Below, in pieces: positions 38,498-47,938 of a DNA stretch of 64,000 nt. The notes under the pieces were generated by a model that worked only from the letters and a program-made list of their open reading frames with translations, made no database searches and was not told the DNA's origin. Both the position numbers and the translations under genes were made by a program. The DNA comes from a virus, in the IMG/VR virus record IMGVR_UViG_3300043419_000898, positions 18,498-82,497 of that record, one strand, 5' to 3'. Positions within the stretch are counted from its first letter, which is position 1. Each line of letters begins with the position of its first letter.

Positions 38498-38703
38498 GTG
38501 GAGTGGAGGCACTAGCCTTAGCCAAGCACGGCATGAAGGTAACTTGTCACAACTGGTACGACAAAGATAATCCTTGGGACTACTCCGCATGGATTGAAGA
38601 AGGATGTATAGTGAATAGCCCGTACGAAGGTATGAGTGCATACGACGCCACAAACGCCTTTCTGGCAGACCTACTACATCAAGAATGGGAAGTACTTGAG
38701 TAA
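38494..38703 (+). CDS. DUF2829/Tad2-like protein
   Basis: MSG.EAL..AK.G.KV....W ... DLL..EWEVL. Confidence 0.6.
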   Translation: MSGVEALALAKHGMKVTCHNWYDKDNPWDYSAWIEEGCIVNSPYEGMSAYDATNAFLADLLHQEWEVLE

Positions 38704-39032
38704 TGGAGCACGACTCATACAAGTGGATTATGGAGCAGTATCCAAAGACATCTGAAACGCTGGTCTTTGAGAGAGTCTGTGATGCACTACATGCACGTAA
38801 GTCATATGACAGAACGCTAGACACAGACGAAGACATCGTCAAGGTTGCAATCAAAGTCAGCCCTATTTCAAAGCAAGTGCGGGTAGGCATTAAGTTCAAA
38901 AACCCAGATGTCTGGATAAGTGACGCTGCCCCTACGGAGCCGTATAAGTATTCATACATGTATATGGGACTTCTGGAGAGCATTATTTGCTCTTATCAAT
39001 TGTGCAAGAAGTTTGACGCTGAACAACTATGA
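38703..39032 (+). CDS. Hypothetical protein
   Basis: TAATG-coupled. Confidence 0.55.
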   Translation: MEHDSYKWIMEQYPKTSETLVFERVCDALHARKSYDRTLDTDEDIVKVAIKVSPISKQVRVGIKFKNPDVWISDAAPTEPYKYSYMYMGLLESIICSYQLCKKFDAEQL

Positions 39033-39331
39033 AGATAACACTCAAACACCGTGTGTACACGCACGACGACGGCACTAAAACAGACGTCTATGACCCAGAG
39101 GTTGAGGGCAAAGATGTAGGAATGCTCGTCCATGGGTTTAAGTTGGACTATGAAGTCTGGCGTCCACTAGGCTCTGAACTGGAATTCGTCATAAGGAAAC
39201 TAGTACGTGACGAAGAGAACCCACGACAGTATTTGACAGACGAAAATCTCAAGCCACTCAACGTTGATGTGCATATGCATGTCAAGTCAGTGACCATAGA
39301 GTTTGAAGAAATTTATCCACCAACTGGATAG
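39029..39331 (+). CDS. Hypothetical protein
   Basis: ATGA-coupled. Confidence 0.55.
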   Translation: MKITLKHRVYTHDDGTKTDVYDPEVEGKDVGMLVHGFKLDYEVWRPLGSELEFVIRKLVRDEENPRQYLTDENLKPLNVDVHMHVKSVTIEFEEIYPPTG

Positions 39332-39434
39332 ATATTATCCACCAGTTTCCTGACTGACCGTTTGAAAATTAACTTGTACTAGATATCCTTTGGACATCTT
39401 TAGGGGGTATGAGTAATGTCGGTTAGGATTTTTT

Positions 39435-39506
39435 GGGCAGTTAGCTCAACGGTTGAGCAGCAAACTCATAATTTGTTGGTTAGGGGTTCGAATCCCTTAC
39501 TGCCCA
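39435..39506 (+). tRNA. tRNA with CAU anticodon (Ile2-like, or Met); CCA not encoded
   Basis: Acceptor GGGCAGT/ACTGCCC+A; D-arm GCTC..GAGC; anticodon arm GCAAA-CTCATAA-TTTGT; T-arm AGGGG-TTCGAAT-CCCTT. Confidence 0.92.
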
Positions 39507-39571
39507 TAGATGTTTGAAAGACATCTTCCATACGATACAATAGGACTTCCATTACAAAACTCCTTACTCTA

Positions 39572-39610
39572 AACCCAGATGCATCTCCCGCATCTGGGTT
39601 CTTTTTTTTT
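39572..39610 (+). terminator. Intrinsic terminator after tRNA
   Basis: AACCCAGATGC...GCATCTGGGTT then T9. Confidence 0.75.
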
Positions 39611-39704
39611 GTGGTAGGATGAAATTGCCACCGAAAGGTGAGCATTTGAACGAAAGACCAGAGAAATCTGGGCTACGTCCGACAAACACATACTCTGCAA
39701 ACAG

Positions 39705-39734
39705 AAAGACCAGTTCTCCAGACTGGTCTTTTTT
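39705..39734 (+). terminator. Terminator/attenuator just upstream of ORF 39747
   Basis: AAAGACCAGT-7nt-ACTGGTCTTT-TTT. Confidence 0.65.
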
Positions 39735-39746
39735 GTTAGGTGACCT

Positions 39747-39983
39747 ATGACCGGTGAAGAAGTACTACCACTCTTACGTAAAGGCAAACTGATGAGGCGA
39801 AAAGCATGGAGTCCAAAGCTGCATGTCTTCATGAGGCAGATGGGTGATACCTACTACCTATTCGCTCAAGGGGCTGATGTCTTTGACCTTATGGACGACA
39901 AAATCAAACTGTCCGACTTCTTCTATGACGACTGGGAAATATATGTTGATATAGTTGACAACAGTAAGCCATCAGATGTATAA
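39747..39983 (+). CDS. DUF2829/Tad2-like protein
   Basis: MTG.E.L.LL.KGK.MRRK.W ... LSDF..DDWEI. Confidence 0.72.
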   Translation: MTGEEVLPLLRKGKLMRRKAWSPKLHVFMRQMGDTYYLFAQGADVFDLMDDKIKLSDFFYDDWEIYVDIVDNSKPSDV

Positions 39984-39991
39984 TTTACTCA

Positions 39992-40246
39992 ATGGGTAGA
40001 TACTCAAGAGTATCTTTAGGAGTAAGTATGCTGGATATGTCGTTTGACCCTATATGGGCATTGAAGCAAGGGTATACAGTTGTTACTGAGTATCCAAACA
40101 ACACGTCATTTCACTACAAAATCATCGACGGGAAGTTAAAGTCGAAATGCACTTTCTATGTAGATGACTTCTGGAAAGATGCTGGTTATTTCGTACTTGG
40201 TGTAGACGTTAAGTGCTCACTTATCCCACCGGAGCCACCAATTTGA
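39992..40246 (+). CDS. Hypothetical protein, weakly DUF2829-like N-terminus
   Basis: ALKQG..V; TTGACA-18-TATAAT leaderless promoter upstream. Confidence 0.45.
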   Translation: MGRYSRVSLGVSMLDMSFDPIWALKQGYTVVTEYPNNTSFHYKIIDGKLKSKCTFYVDDFWKDAGYFVLGVDVKCSLIPPEPPI

Positions 40247-40464
40247 CAGTAGATACAGCAATCAAAAGTATCCTTGAGGGACATCGAGTAATCAACGACT
40301 CAAGCATGAGTTTTACTGAGATTCACTACGACAAAGAGTCTAAGTACTTCATATACTCCATCCAAGGGGTTGAGTCCATGAGGGATAGGAAGTTAATGCT
40401 GGCGTTATCTGATTTAAAAAGTAAGGACTGGAAGATAGTTGACATTCGGACAAGCACTACATAG
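40243..40464 (+). CDS. DUF2829/Tad2-like protein
   Basis: TTG start; T...AI..I.EG.RV ... LSDL.S.DW.IV. Confidence 0.6.
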   Translation: MTVDTAIKSILEGHRVINDSSMSFTEIHYDKESKYFIYSIQGVESMRDRKLMLALSDLKSKDWKIVDIRTSTT

Positions 40465-40654
40465 TTTGAAAAAAGGTTTCACTGTGACTCGTACATACGT
40501 TGAGTCCGACGCTGTTGTTGTTGTGTTTTGTAAATTCACAAACAACCAAAGACTGGTTAGAAAGAAAGTCACAAGTAGACATCAGTCCGACTGGAGGCTT
40601 TCTGGTTGGTCACTCAAGGATATGTCCGCAACTGACTGGATAGTCGCTGGATGA
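40439..40654 (+). CDS. DUF2829/Tad2-like protein
   Basis: MTFGQAL..LKKG..V.R ... S..DM.ATDW.V. Confidence 0.75.
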   Translation: MTFGQALHSLKKGFTVTRTYVESDAVVVVFCKFTNNQRLVRKKVTSRHQSDWRLSGWSLKDMSATDWIVAG

Positions 40655-40833
40655 CAGCCACAGAGGCTTATGACTGGGTTATATCTGGCGGCAAAGTTAG
40701 ACATGCTACTTGGTCTATGGACACATACGCTTTCCTACATCATGGAGTAGTCAGTTATACGGATGGAACGTATCTGACAACTTGTCCGCCGTTTGAATTC
40801 TTTTCAAATAACTGGCAGATATATACAAAGTAG
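40651..40833 (+). CDS. DUF2829/Tad2-like protein
   Basis: MT..EA.....G.KVR...W ... NNWQIY. Confidence 0.6.
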   Translation: MTATEAYDWVISGGKVRHATWSMDTYAFLHHGVVSYTDGTYLTTCPPFEFFSNNWQIYTK

Positions 40834-40925
40834 GATACACTTATCATGAACGTAGATGCCTTATAGCATCTTTAGGAAAGTAAGGGAAGATAGATATCCA
40901 AGGATATCTTTGAAGGGAAAACAAC

Positions 40926-41303
40926 ATGGACTTTGTAACGATTATCGGTTTGACGTTTGGGCATTGGTTTGCTGACTTTGTGTTGCAGACACGTAAGATT
41001 GCAGAAACCAAGTCAAAGAGTTTTCGGTCGCTGTTTACTCACGTAGCCTTGTATACAGCCGCACTTGCTTGTGTGATGGTGCCTATCCTTATCCGACAGT
41101 ATGACTGGAGGTTGATTGTGTCTTTCATCCTTCTCAATGGTTTCTGCCATCTGGTCACTGACTTTGGAACATCTAAGATGTCAGCCGCCGCATACAAGGA
41201 CGAAGACAAGAGCCAGTTCTGGCAAATCATCGGCTTTGACCAGTCTATCCACTGGAGTCACTTACTGATTACTTACTTTGGCTTCTTCGTATGGGGTAAC
41301 TAG
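40926..41303 (+). CDS. DUF3307 family membrane protein
   Basis: HW.ADF.LQ, H...Y, H..TD, IGFDQ..H motifs. Confidence 0.8.
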   Translation: MDFVTIIGLTFGHWFADFVLQTRKIAETKSKSFRSLFTHVALYTAALACVMVPILIRQYDWRLIVSFILLNGFCHLVTDFGTSKMSAAAYKDEDKSQFWQIIGFDQSIHWSHLLITYFGFFVWGN

Positions 41304-41304
41304 T

Positions 41305-41766
41305 ATGTGGGATAACAGTAAGCGAGTGAAACCATCCTATGAAGAGATATACCAACGAACAACAAAAGACGTTCTTGACTTAGTAGTCTCTCTTAGAGAG
41401 AAGCGTTACTCGTTTGACCGGATAGCCGGATACCTACATGAGAATGGTTATCAATCACCTCATGCTAAGTGGAATCCACATACGCTTAGTCGGCTGATGA
41501 AGATTCACGGGTTAGAGGAAAAGCAACTTTACAAGGTGCCAGACTACCGGCATATCAATGAGATACTTGAACTAAAAGAGTCGGGTATGTCTTTTAGGGA
41601 TATTGTTTCCCATCTAAACAATACCGGCAAGCGTAGACCGAGTGGTTTACCGTTTTGTGTCCATAGGCTTAGGGTTTACATACGGCAGTATCACATACTG
41701 AAAGAAAGGTATGGGGCTGAGATGGACAAGTACACCGTAGCGAGAGAGGAAGAAGATGACATTTGA
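41305..41766 (+). CDS. DNA-binding protein with two recombinase-type HTH repeats
   Basis: LR....SF..IA..L...G.....W twice; no serine-recombinase catalytic domain. Confidence 0.6.
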   Translation: MWDNSKRVKPSYEEIYQRTTKDVLDLVVSLREKRYSFDRIAGYLHENGYQSPHAKWNPHTLSRLMKIHGLEEKQLYKVPDYRHINEILELKESGMSFRDIVSHLNNTGKRRPSGLPFCVHRLRVYIRQYHILKERYGAEMDKYTVAREEEDDI

Positions 41767-42007
41767 AGAAGCAGTCAAAGCCATGGATAACGGGGCTTTT
41801 GTTCGAAGGGCTGGTTGGTCTAAGAACATCAAGTTGTATGCCGCGTATCCAGCAGAAGAAGATGCTGAGCCGATAAACAATAAGCGGCATATCTTTGCAC
41901 AGATTGACTCATACGAGCCAGAGTATGCCATATTTCGGTTATCCGATATCTATGGCGATGACTGGTACGTAGTAAACGACGACAACACTACAGACGACGA
42001 GTTATAG
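41756..42007 (+). CDS. DUF2829/Tad2-like protein
   Basis: MTFEEA..AM..G..VRR.GW ... SDI..DDW.VV. Confidence 0.8.
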   Translation: MTFEEAVKAMDNGAFVRRAGWSKNIKLYAAYPAEEDAEPINNKRHIFAQIDSYEPEYAIFRLSDIYGDDWYVVNDDNTTDDEL

Positions 42008-42015
42008 GAGACAAC

Positions 42016-42306
42016 ATGAAAAAGACGTGGGAAGAGAAGTTCGATGCGGCTTGTCAGTATAGTTACAATGACTTAATCATTGATGGTCAATGTACATATC
42101 CAGAGGCACTTATCAACGGATATAGAGCCATCATTGAAATGGTCACGACTGAGAAAGCTTGCAGTTTCTCGTACAACTGTGGCGGTTGGCATATCTTCTA
42201 CACAAGGAAAAAGAAGAAGTTTTCTCCTAAGGAAGAGTTCTTGCTGGAAGTTATCAAGAGTGCCAAACATGGTTACTCTAGTTACGACACGGAGGATTAT
42301 AGATGA
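42016..42306 (+). CDS. Hypothetical protein
   Basis: AGGAG RBS. Confidence 0.55.
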   Translation: MKKTWEEKFDAACQYSYNDLIIDGQCTYPEALINGYRAIIEMVTTEKACSFSYNCGGWHIFYTRKKKKFSPKEEFLLEVIKSAKHGYSSYDTEDYR

Positions 42307-42503
42307 CGTTTGGTCAGATTTACGGGTTAGTCAAAAAGGGACGCTGGTTTGGTCGTAGTAGCCAACCAAAGAGTCGGACATGCATGGTAGCGGATACATT
42401 CCTTATCCACGACTTGTCGGAAGATGGAAGCATCATCAAGTGGAATGTTCTTTCACTAACAACAGAAGACATGATGGCTGATGACTGGGAAGTCTACAGT
42501 TAA
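42303..42503 (+). CDS. DUF2829/Tad2-like protein
   Basis: MTFGQ....VKKG....R ... L..EDMMADDWEVY. Confidence 0.75.
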   Translation: MTFGQIYGLVKKGRWFGRSSQPKSRTCMVADTFLIHDLSEDGSIIKWNVLSLTTEDMMADDWEVYS

Positions 42504-42744
42504 CGATAATCAGTTCAAGAGACACATAACGCTTCTCTGTAAACGGCTTGATAAGGGCTACACCATAGAGTGTGCTTACGTGAAGTCACGTACAGCCAAC
42601 ATGGCTGCTAACGGTCGTAACAGAGAGGCGTTACGCTTGCATATCAAGTACTGCGAGAAGCGTGGTCTTGACTGGGAGAAGTACTGGAAAGGTGACCCGT
42701 ACTTTACCAAGAGCATTAGTATCCGTGACTATGGTAGTTTGTAA
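42481..42744 (+). CDS. Hypothetical protein
   Basis: Overlapping ORF in operon. Confidence 0.45.
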   Translation: MTGKSTVNDNQFKRHITLLCKRLDKGYTIECAYVKSRTANMAANGRNREALRLHIKYCEKRGLDWEKYWKGDPYFTKSISIRDYGSL

Positions 42745-42823
42745 TGTTTACATTGTAATGAGTGTAGTCACCAGAACAGATGCTTGTCGCATCTTTGGGA
42801 TTTATGATAATGGGAGTTAGTGA

Positions 42824-43216
42824 ATGTTTGAAAGCGTGAGTGAACATCCGTCTAATTGGCAAGCAGTTGGGTCATACGAAGAAGTGGTAGCGGGTATCAA
42901 GAATGTAGTCGGCGATGTGGAGAACATTGGCGTATTCGCTGAGATATATCCATGCATCTTTGAGATGGCTGATAAAGATGTCGTAGATGGCTGGTGTTCC
43001 ATTGATAAGGTGGCGTTTGCCGCCGCTATAGGCTTCTATACGGCTACTGCTGTTCAGTCGCTATACAAGACGGTATCGCATCGGATGATATCGGCGATAA
43101 CGGTAGCACCGGTCATCGACTTGATGCAAGCCGGACTATTACGAGTAGAGGCTGATGCCGTTTACCTACGGCATGTAGATGGCATTGAGTTGATACCGGA
43201 ATCTCCTTATGAATGA
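42824..43216 (+). CDS. Hypothetical protein
   Basis: GGGAG RBS. Confidence 0.55.
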   Translation: MFESVSEHPSNWQAVGSYEEVVAGIKNVVGDVENIGVFAEIYPCIFEMADKDVVDGWCSIDKVAFAAAIGFYTATAVQSLYKTVSHRMISAITVAPVIDLMQAGLLRVEADAVYLRHVDGIELIPESPYE

Positions 43217-43643
43217 TAGGGAAGATTATTCACAGTACACAAAAGGTCTGAAGTCTTACAAGACTCACGGACGGATACAGTTACCACCACACGATGACTC
43301 GTTACTGCGTGACTACTGTGCGAAGAAGAGGCTTCTAAACGGCTGGACATACGCTTACGTCGGTAGGCAAGTATTGCAACGTAACGGTAAGCCATACTCA
43401 CGGATGAACATCTATAACTGGGTCACTGGTCGGATTAAGTTTGGACCAACGTACTCCTACAAGATGGCAGAAGCATTTCGTGTGCATCCTATATACGCCG
43501 CGTTTCTCATGAAGCGGTTTCCAGACTACGAGTTAATCGATGAGTATCCGGAAGAGGCGGAAGTAGTTCACTTCATGCTAGATGCTATGAGACGGTTTGG
43601 TTTCAAGGTAGATAAAGGGGATAAGAAGTATGAGATTATCTGA
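43209..43643 (+). CDS. Probable Cro/C1-like HTH protein
   Basis: GWT...VG......SR..I..W..G.......KMAEAF.V.P pattern. Confidence 0.5.
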   Translation: MNDREDYSQYTKGLKSYKTHGRIQLPPHDDSLLRDYCAKKRLLNGWTYAYVGRQVLQRNGKPYSRMNIYNWVTGRIKFGPTYSYKMAEAFRVHPIYAAFLMKRFPDYELIDEYPEEAEVVHFMLDAMRRFGFKVDKGDKKYEII

Positions 43644-43923
43644 TTTCATAAGGCGGCGACGCAAAGAACTAAACATGACGCAGAAGCAACTAGCCAAGGA
43701 AGTAGGACAGAATCCCGGCTGGATATGCATGTTAGAGTCTGGTCTAAGGATGCCGGGAGCAGTCACTATGCCCATACTTTCCGCTGCCTTAGAGGTGCCA
43801 GAGGCTATGCTATCGATTATGTCTGGTCATTCACCGGTTACCGACTTCAAGGACGACCTAACCATCGAGCAGCTTGAGGCAGCAGTGAAAGAGTTTGTTG
43901 CTAAAGTGGGTGCTGATATTTAG
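43630..43923 (+). CDS. XRE/Cro-C1 family HTH transcriptional regulator
   Basis: IR.RRKEL.MTQKQLA..VG....I..LESG.R.P......L..AL.V. Confidence 0.9.
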   Translation: MRLSDFIRRRRKELNMTQKQLAKEVGQNPGWICMLESGLRMPGAVTMPILSAALEVPEAMLSIMSGHSPVTDFKDDLTIEQLEAAVKEFVAKVGADI

Positions 43924-44029
43924 CAGGACTGGACTGCCATCGTCATGTCGTTTGCTGGTAAAGCCACGACTCATCAGTCCTGTGGTGGTTCTGGTTGTTT
44001 GATTAATCAACAAAGTATAGGCAAAAGAA

Positions 44030-44051
44030 AAGCCGGTATTTCTACCGGCTT
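44030..44051 (-). terminator. Terminator closing the cassette array; first of a family of related CCGG-N-TTTC-N-CCGG and GGAGCC-TTTC-GGCTCC hairpins
   Basis: AAGCCGGTA-TTTC-TACCGGCTT with T-run on minus strand; near-identical hairpins follow most cassette ORFs. Confidence 0.75.
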
Positions 44052-44076
44052 GATGCCTACGATGGAATGGTGCTGA

Positions 44077-44409
44077 CTAGTCAGCGTATATACGCTGACC
44101 TTTTAGCGTATACAAAACGCTATTTCCTAGCGTGATGTAGGCATTGAATTCATAGCACATATTAGAGCCTTGCACGTGCACAGAGTCGATGCCATGCATC
44201 AAGGCTTCGGATGCAAGAGCGAAACCGAATTCGGTTTCAGTTTGAAACCACTTGATTTCGTTACCGTCACGGCTTCCACCAAAGTACTTGATGGTATTGG
44301 CTTCGTTTACGATGGAAGTAGGATTATCTTTGTAATCCATTGTTTCAGCACGTACGATGCCATCGGCATATCCGGCTTTTGCGATAAGTGTAAGAAGAAG
44401 TGATTTCAT
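44077..44409 (-). CDS. Hypothetical cassette protein
   Basis: GAGGGAACC leader; terminator follows. Confidence 0.65.
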   Translation of the reverse strand: MKSLLLTLIAKAGYADGIVRAETMDYKDNPTSIVNEANTIKYFGGSRDGNEIKWFQTETEFGFALASEALMHGIDSVHVQGSNMCYEFNAYITLGNSVLYTLKGQRIYAD

Positions 44410-44431
44410 TTTGGTAGGTTCCCTCTTGTGA

Positions 44432-44551
44432 TTACTTGACTAGATTGCCAAGTGTAACGATAACAGCGACGATGATAGAGAAGGACAAAAGTCCACCGAT
44501 GATAAGAGCAAGGTTGATTGCTTCGGCTTTTGTTGTTTGTGGAAGTTCCAT
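44432..44551 (-). CDS. 39-aa single-TM protein
   Basis: MELPQTTKAEAINLALIIGGLLSFSIIVAVIVTLGNLVK; paralogue at 45265; not in ORF track. Confidence 0.65.
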   Translation of the reverse strand: MELPQTTKAEAINLALIIGGLLSFSIIVAVIVTLGNLVK

Positions 44552-45001
44552 GCCTCAATACTACAGCAGATTGTATACGTATGCAAGACATTTTCCAGAT
44601 ATATTTTCCTATCCTAAATGCCTTATTTGCATCAGTTTGCCTACCATGCATAGCATTTATGAAATGCCTCTGTAGGCTCAAATTTGGCGATTCTACGGAC
44701 TTTGTATACGTTATGGCATAACTTATCGATTTGACGTCAAAACGGCTCTATTTAGGCAAATCTAAGAGTCCGCCCAATGCAGGCTTTGAAGTAGCGTTAC
44801 TGACAGTCACCATTCATGGTGACGTATAGTCACATCGGACTTTACAGGAGTTAGTTGCGTAGTCAACAATTGATAAATCAACTACTTGTGGCAACTACTC
44901 AAATAACCTGCCGTAGCTGCTAGGTGTGACTATTAGTCACATGCCAGTGATAAACAAAAGCCGGATGATTTCTCATCCGGCTTGATGCAACCGTGGTAGG
45001 T

Positions 45002-45241
45002 TTACTCGGTTATGTAATCCGAGTAATTCCAAACCTTGACTTTGTAGGTTTGACCCTTGAAGTTTGTCAATTGCCAAACCTCATTGAGTCCCCAAACCTT
45101 GATAAGTTTCGCACTTATCAATTCTGGATGCATGATATCCAAGCCGAATTCACGGCTGTAGAAAATCTCGATACGAGCCTTATTAAGGCTTGCCTCACGG
45201 GTGAGGCTTTCAGCGAGTGCGATTTCTTGTGTCTTAGTCAT
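45002..45241 (-). CDS. Hypothetical cassette protein
   Basis: AGGGAACCAAAAATG. Confidence 0.65.
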   Translation of the reverse strand: MTKTQEIALAESLTREASLNKARIEIFYSREFGLDIMHPELISAKLIKVWGLNEVWQLTNFKGQTYKVKVWNYSDYITE

Positions 45242-45264
45242 TTTTGGTTCCCTATACTTTCCGA

Positions 45265-45381
45265 TTACTTTACGAGATTTCCAAGCGTTATCAGAACGCC
45301 TACGATGATTGCAAAGGATGTAAATCCGCCGACGATGAGTGCAAGGTTGATTACTTCAGCCTTAGTGGTTTGAGGTTGCAT
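45265..45381 (-). CDS. 38-aa single-TM protein, leaderless
   Basis: MQPQTTKAEVINLALIVGGFTSFAIIVGVLITLGNLVK; TTGACA...TAGTAT promoter directly upstream. Confidence 0.65.
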   Translation of the reverse strand: MQPQTTKAEVINLALIVGGFTSFAIIVGVLITLGNLVK

Positions 45382-45857
45382 GTAAAGATACTACAGCCAA
45401 GCGTTAGAGAATGTCAATAGGGTATTTGCATATTCAACAAAAATAGTTTTGCATATCCTAAAAATAGTTTGAAGGTATACAAATGCCATCATTTCCGCCT
45501 ATAAACCGATGAGCCTATAGGATTTGGATATACCGCTGTAGGCTCAAATTTGGCGATTCTAGCGGGTTTGTATACGTTATTGGATAGTTTATCGGTTTGG
45601 TTACAAAACGAGCGTATTTAGGCAAATTCGGAAGTTTGCCCGCCGCAGGCTTCGAGTCGCCGATACTGACAGTCACCATGTAAGGTGACGCACAGTCACA
45701 CCACGGTTGACAGGATAGTTGTTGCTAAATCAATAGTTGCATAATCAACTAAACGACAGACAACAGAAAAAGTCCTGCCGTACGGCTGGTAGTTGCATAA
45801 TCAACAAACGCTTGACATAAGTAAACCGGATGATTTCTCATCCGGTTTGACTATTAA

Positions 45858-46193
45858 CTAATCTTCGCCTTCGTCTTCGGTGTCTTCGTCGTCGTCTTCG
45901 TCGTCGTCTTCGGATATCCAAAGTGCATCATATGCATTTCCATACGCTTTGGCATCCATTTGCATCATTTCGTTTGCACACTCAGCAGATACCTTTAGAG
46001 TATCTGCAAGTTTACTGATGCTGATTTCAGTACCAGTAAATCCATTAGCGTCAAAAATGCGATAGATGTGAGCCGATGTATTTCTGGCATCACGTGATGC
46101 CAATTTCATAATGCCATTTCTGGTAGCAACAAAGTCACCGGAGTACAAGCGAGTCAGTGCCGAATCGGTCGGCATCGGTAGTAAGGTTCCCAT
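45858..46193 (-). CDS. Hypothetical cassette protein with acidic tail, leaderless
   Basis: TAATAT-6nt-ATGGGAACC. Confidence 0.65.
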   Translation of the reverse strand: MGTLLPMPTDSALTRLYSGDFVATRNGIMKLASRDARNTSAHIYRIFDANGFTGTEISISKLADTLKVSAECANEMMQMDAKAYGNAYDALWISEDDDEDDDEDTEDEGED

Positions 46194-46553
46194 GCATCAA
46201 TATTACCATTTTGTCACCTTGACGCAAGTAAATATATGGTACGTATACAAAAATAGTTAATGCCTCTATAGGCTCAAATTTGGCTATTCTAGACACTTAT
46301 CATGCCAGATGAGTTATGTATCGGACGGTATGCAAAACGGCTCTATTTAGGCAATGTGGAGGTTCCGCCCAATGCAGGGCTTTGGAGTAAGGTGACTGGT
46401 AGTCACCGTGTAAGGTGACCTATAGTCACGTGCTAGATAGCAGGACTACTGCTGAGTATGGCAGCCTGTAGGTAGTTGATTTTGCAACGATAGGATGGCA
46501 TAAGTAAACCGGCTGGACATCCAGCCGGTTGGAGTCTACGTAGTGGTGGTGAC

Positions 46554-46913
46554 CTACTTGGAGTAGGTCATCGTACCGTGAAAGTCTACGTACAAGTCGG
46601 TGGTGTCCATCACAACGTGAAAGCCTACCGTGATATGCTGGACGCTTTCAGTCATGTCTACCGACATGTCTATGGACTTGACATTTCCATTTGATGCACA
46701 GACGTTTACCAATTCCACAACGTCGGTGATGTCATACGACTTGTGATTTGTTATCATGCCATCCACTACAGTAGTGGATGTGTAGTAGCAGAAATTTGCC
46801 ATTTTGGCTACGTTGTGGACGCTATTTTGCGTCATCTGAAGTATTCCAGATGTGTAGGTGATGTCGCCTTGTACAGCGATGTCAGAGGCGATGATAGCAG
46901 ATAAGATTGTCAT
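46554..46913 (-). CDS. Hypothetical cassette protein
   Basis: AGGGAACCGACAAATG. Confidence 0.65.
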   Translation of the reverse strand: MTILSAIIASDIAVQGDITYTSGILQMTQNSVHNVAKMANFCYYTSTTVVDGMITNHKSYDITDVVELVNVCASNGNVKSIDMSVDMTESVQHITVGFHVVMDTTDLYVDFHGTMTYSK

Positions 46914-47183
46914 TTGTCGGTTCCCTATTAAGTCAGTGTAGGTCGTTTCCTACACCACTATGTTACCACTTTGTCTACCTATCGCAAATAAATAGTCGGA
47001 CTATTTTTGCCATTTACCAGTGATAGGCATGGTGACTATTAGTCACGTAGCAGATGGCAGGAACGGCTCACAGTATGGCAGCCTGTAGCAGTCGGTCGGT
47101 CGTTGCATAATCAACAAAGCCGTGACATAAATAAACCGGTTGGATTTCTCCAACCGGTTGTATGCCTACGTAGTGGATGTGGA

Positions 47184-47396
47184 TTAGAAATCCAAGTCTA
47201 CATCCGTTTTCGCAATTACCTTGACGGTACGACCGCTCTGGAGCGTCACGCTCCAGACTTCGGTATCACCCTTTGTACGGATGATTTTCGCATCCACCAT
47301 ATCGGTAAACGTGGCATACGTCATATTGGACGTACGTGACACAAGAATGTCCATGCGGATATCCGCTCCGGTGGTGGTGGTGGTAAATGTTGTCAT
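47184..47396 (-). CDS. Hypothetical cassette protein
   Basis: AGGGAACCAAAAATG defines the start. Confidence 0.65.
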   Translation of the reverse strand: MTTFTTTTTGADIRMDILVSRTSNMTYATFTDMVDAKIIRTKGDTEVWSVTLQSGRTVKVIAKTDVDLDF

Positions 47397-47413
47397 TTTT
47401 GGTTCCCTTTCCT

Positions 47414-47665
47414 TCAAACAAAGAATGTCATTTTGACATTTGCATTTTCACACTTGATGTGCGAAACGTTTCCTTCAACGGTGAAAACGGTTACAACGTT
47501 GGACATTGCAACCCAAGCGGTGAATTCATCCGCCGTGCTATCTTCAGATGCCGATACTACACCACGGCGGATGGTATCGAATGTGATTTCCATATCGGCA
47601 TTTGCCATGGCATGGAAGTCGCAATTGTAGCAGAAGACATTTTTGAGGTTCACGGTAGTATTCAC
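47414..47665 (-). CDS. Hypothetical cassette protein, leaderless
   Basis: GTGAATACTAC start just after TATAAT. Confidence 0.6.
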   Translation of the reverse strand: MNTTVNLKNVFCYNCDFHAMANADMEITFDTIRRGVVSASEDSTADEFTAWVAMSNVVTVFTVEGNVSHIKCENANVKMTFFV

Positions 47666-47938
47666 GACGTTATTATATCAAGAATGTCACGTTTACAAGG
47701 GCATTTCGGAGCCAAGTACAAAAAATAAACCAACTATTTTTTCACCATTTACCAGTGATAGGTATGGTGACTAAACGTCACATATTTCCTTGAAAATGCA
47801 ACTATCAGCGTTACGATTACAGGAAAGTCAGTCGTGGTGGCAGCCTGCCGTCGTCTGTTGTTTGTTGATTATGCAACGATAAGTTGACATGAAAAAACCG
47901 GCTGGATTTCCAACCGGTTGGATACGACGAAGTGGATA

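Noticed and set aside
41305-41766. Serine integrase indicating a prophage
   Set aside because: Only recombinase-type DNA-binding repeats are present; no catalytic domain, att sites or host genes seen
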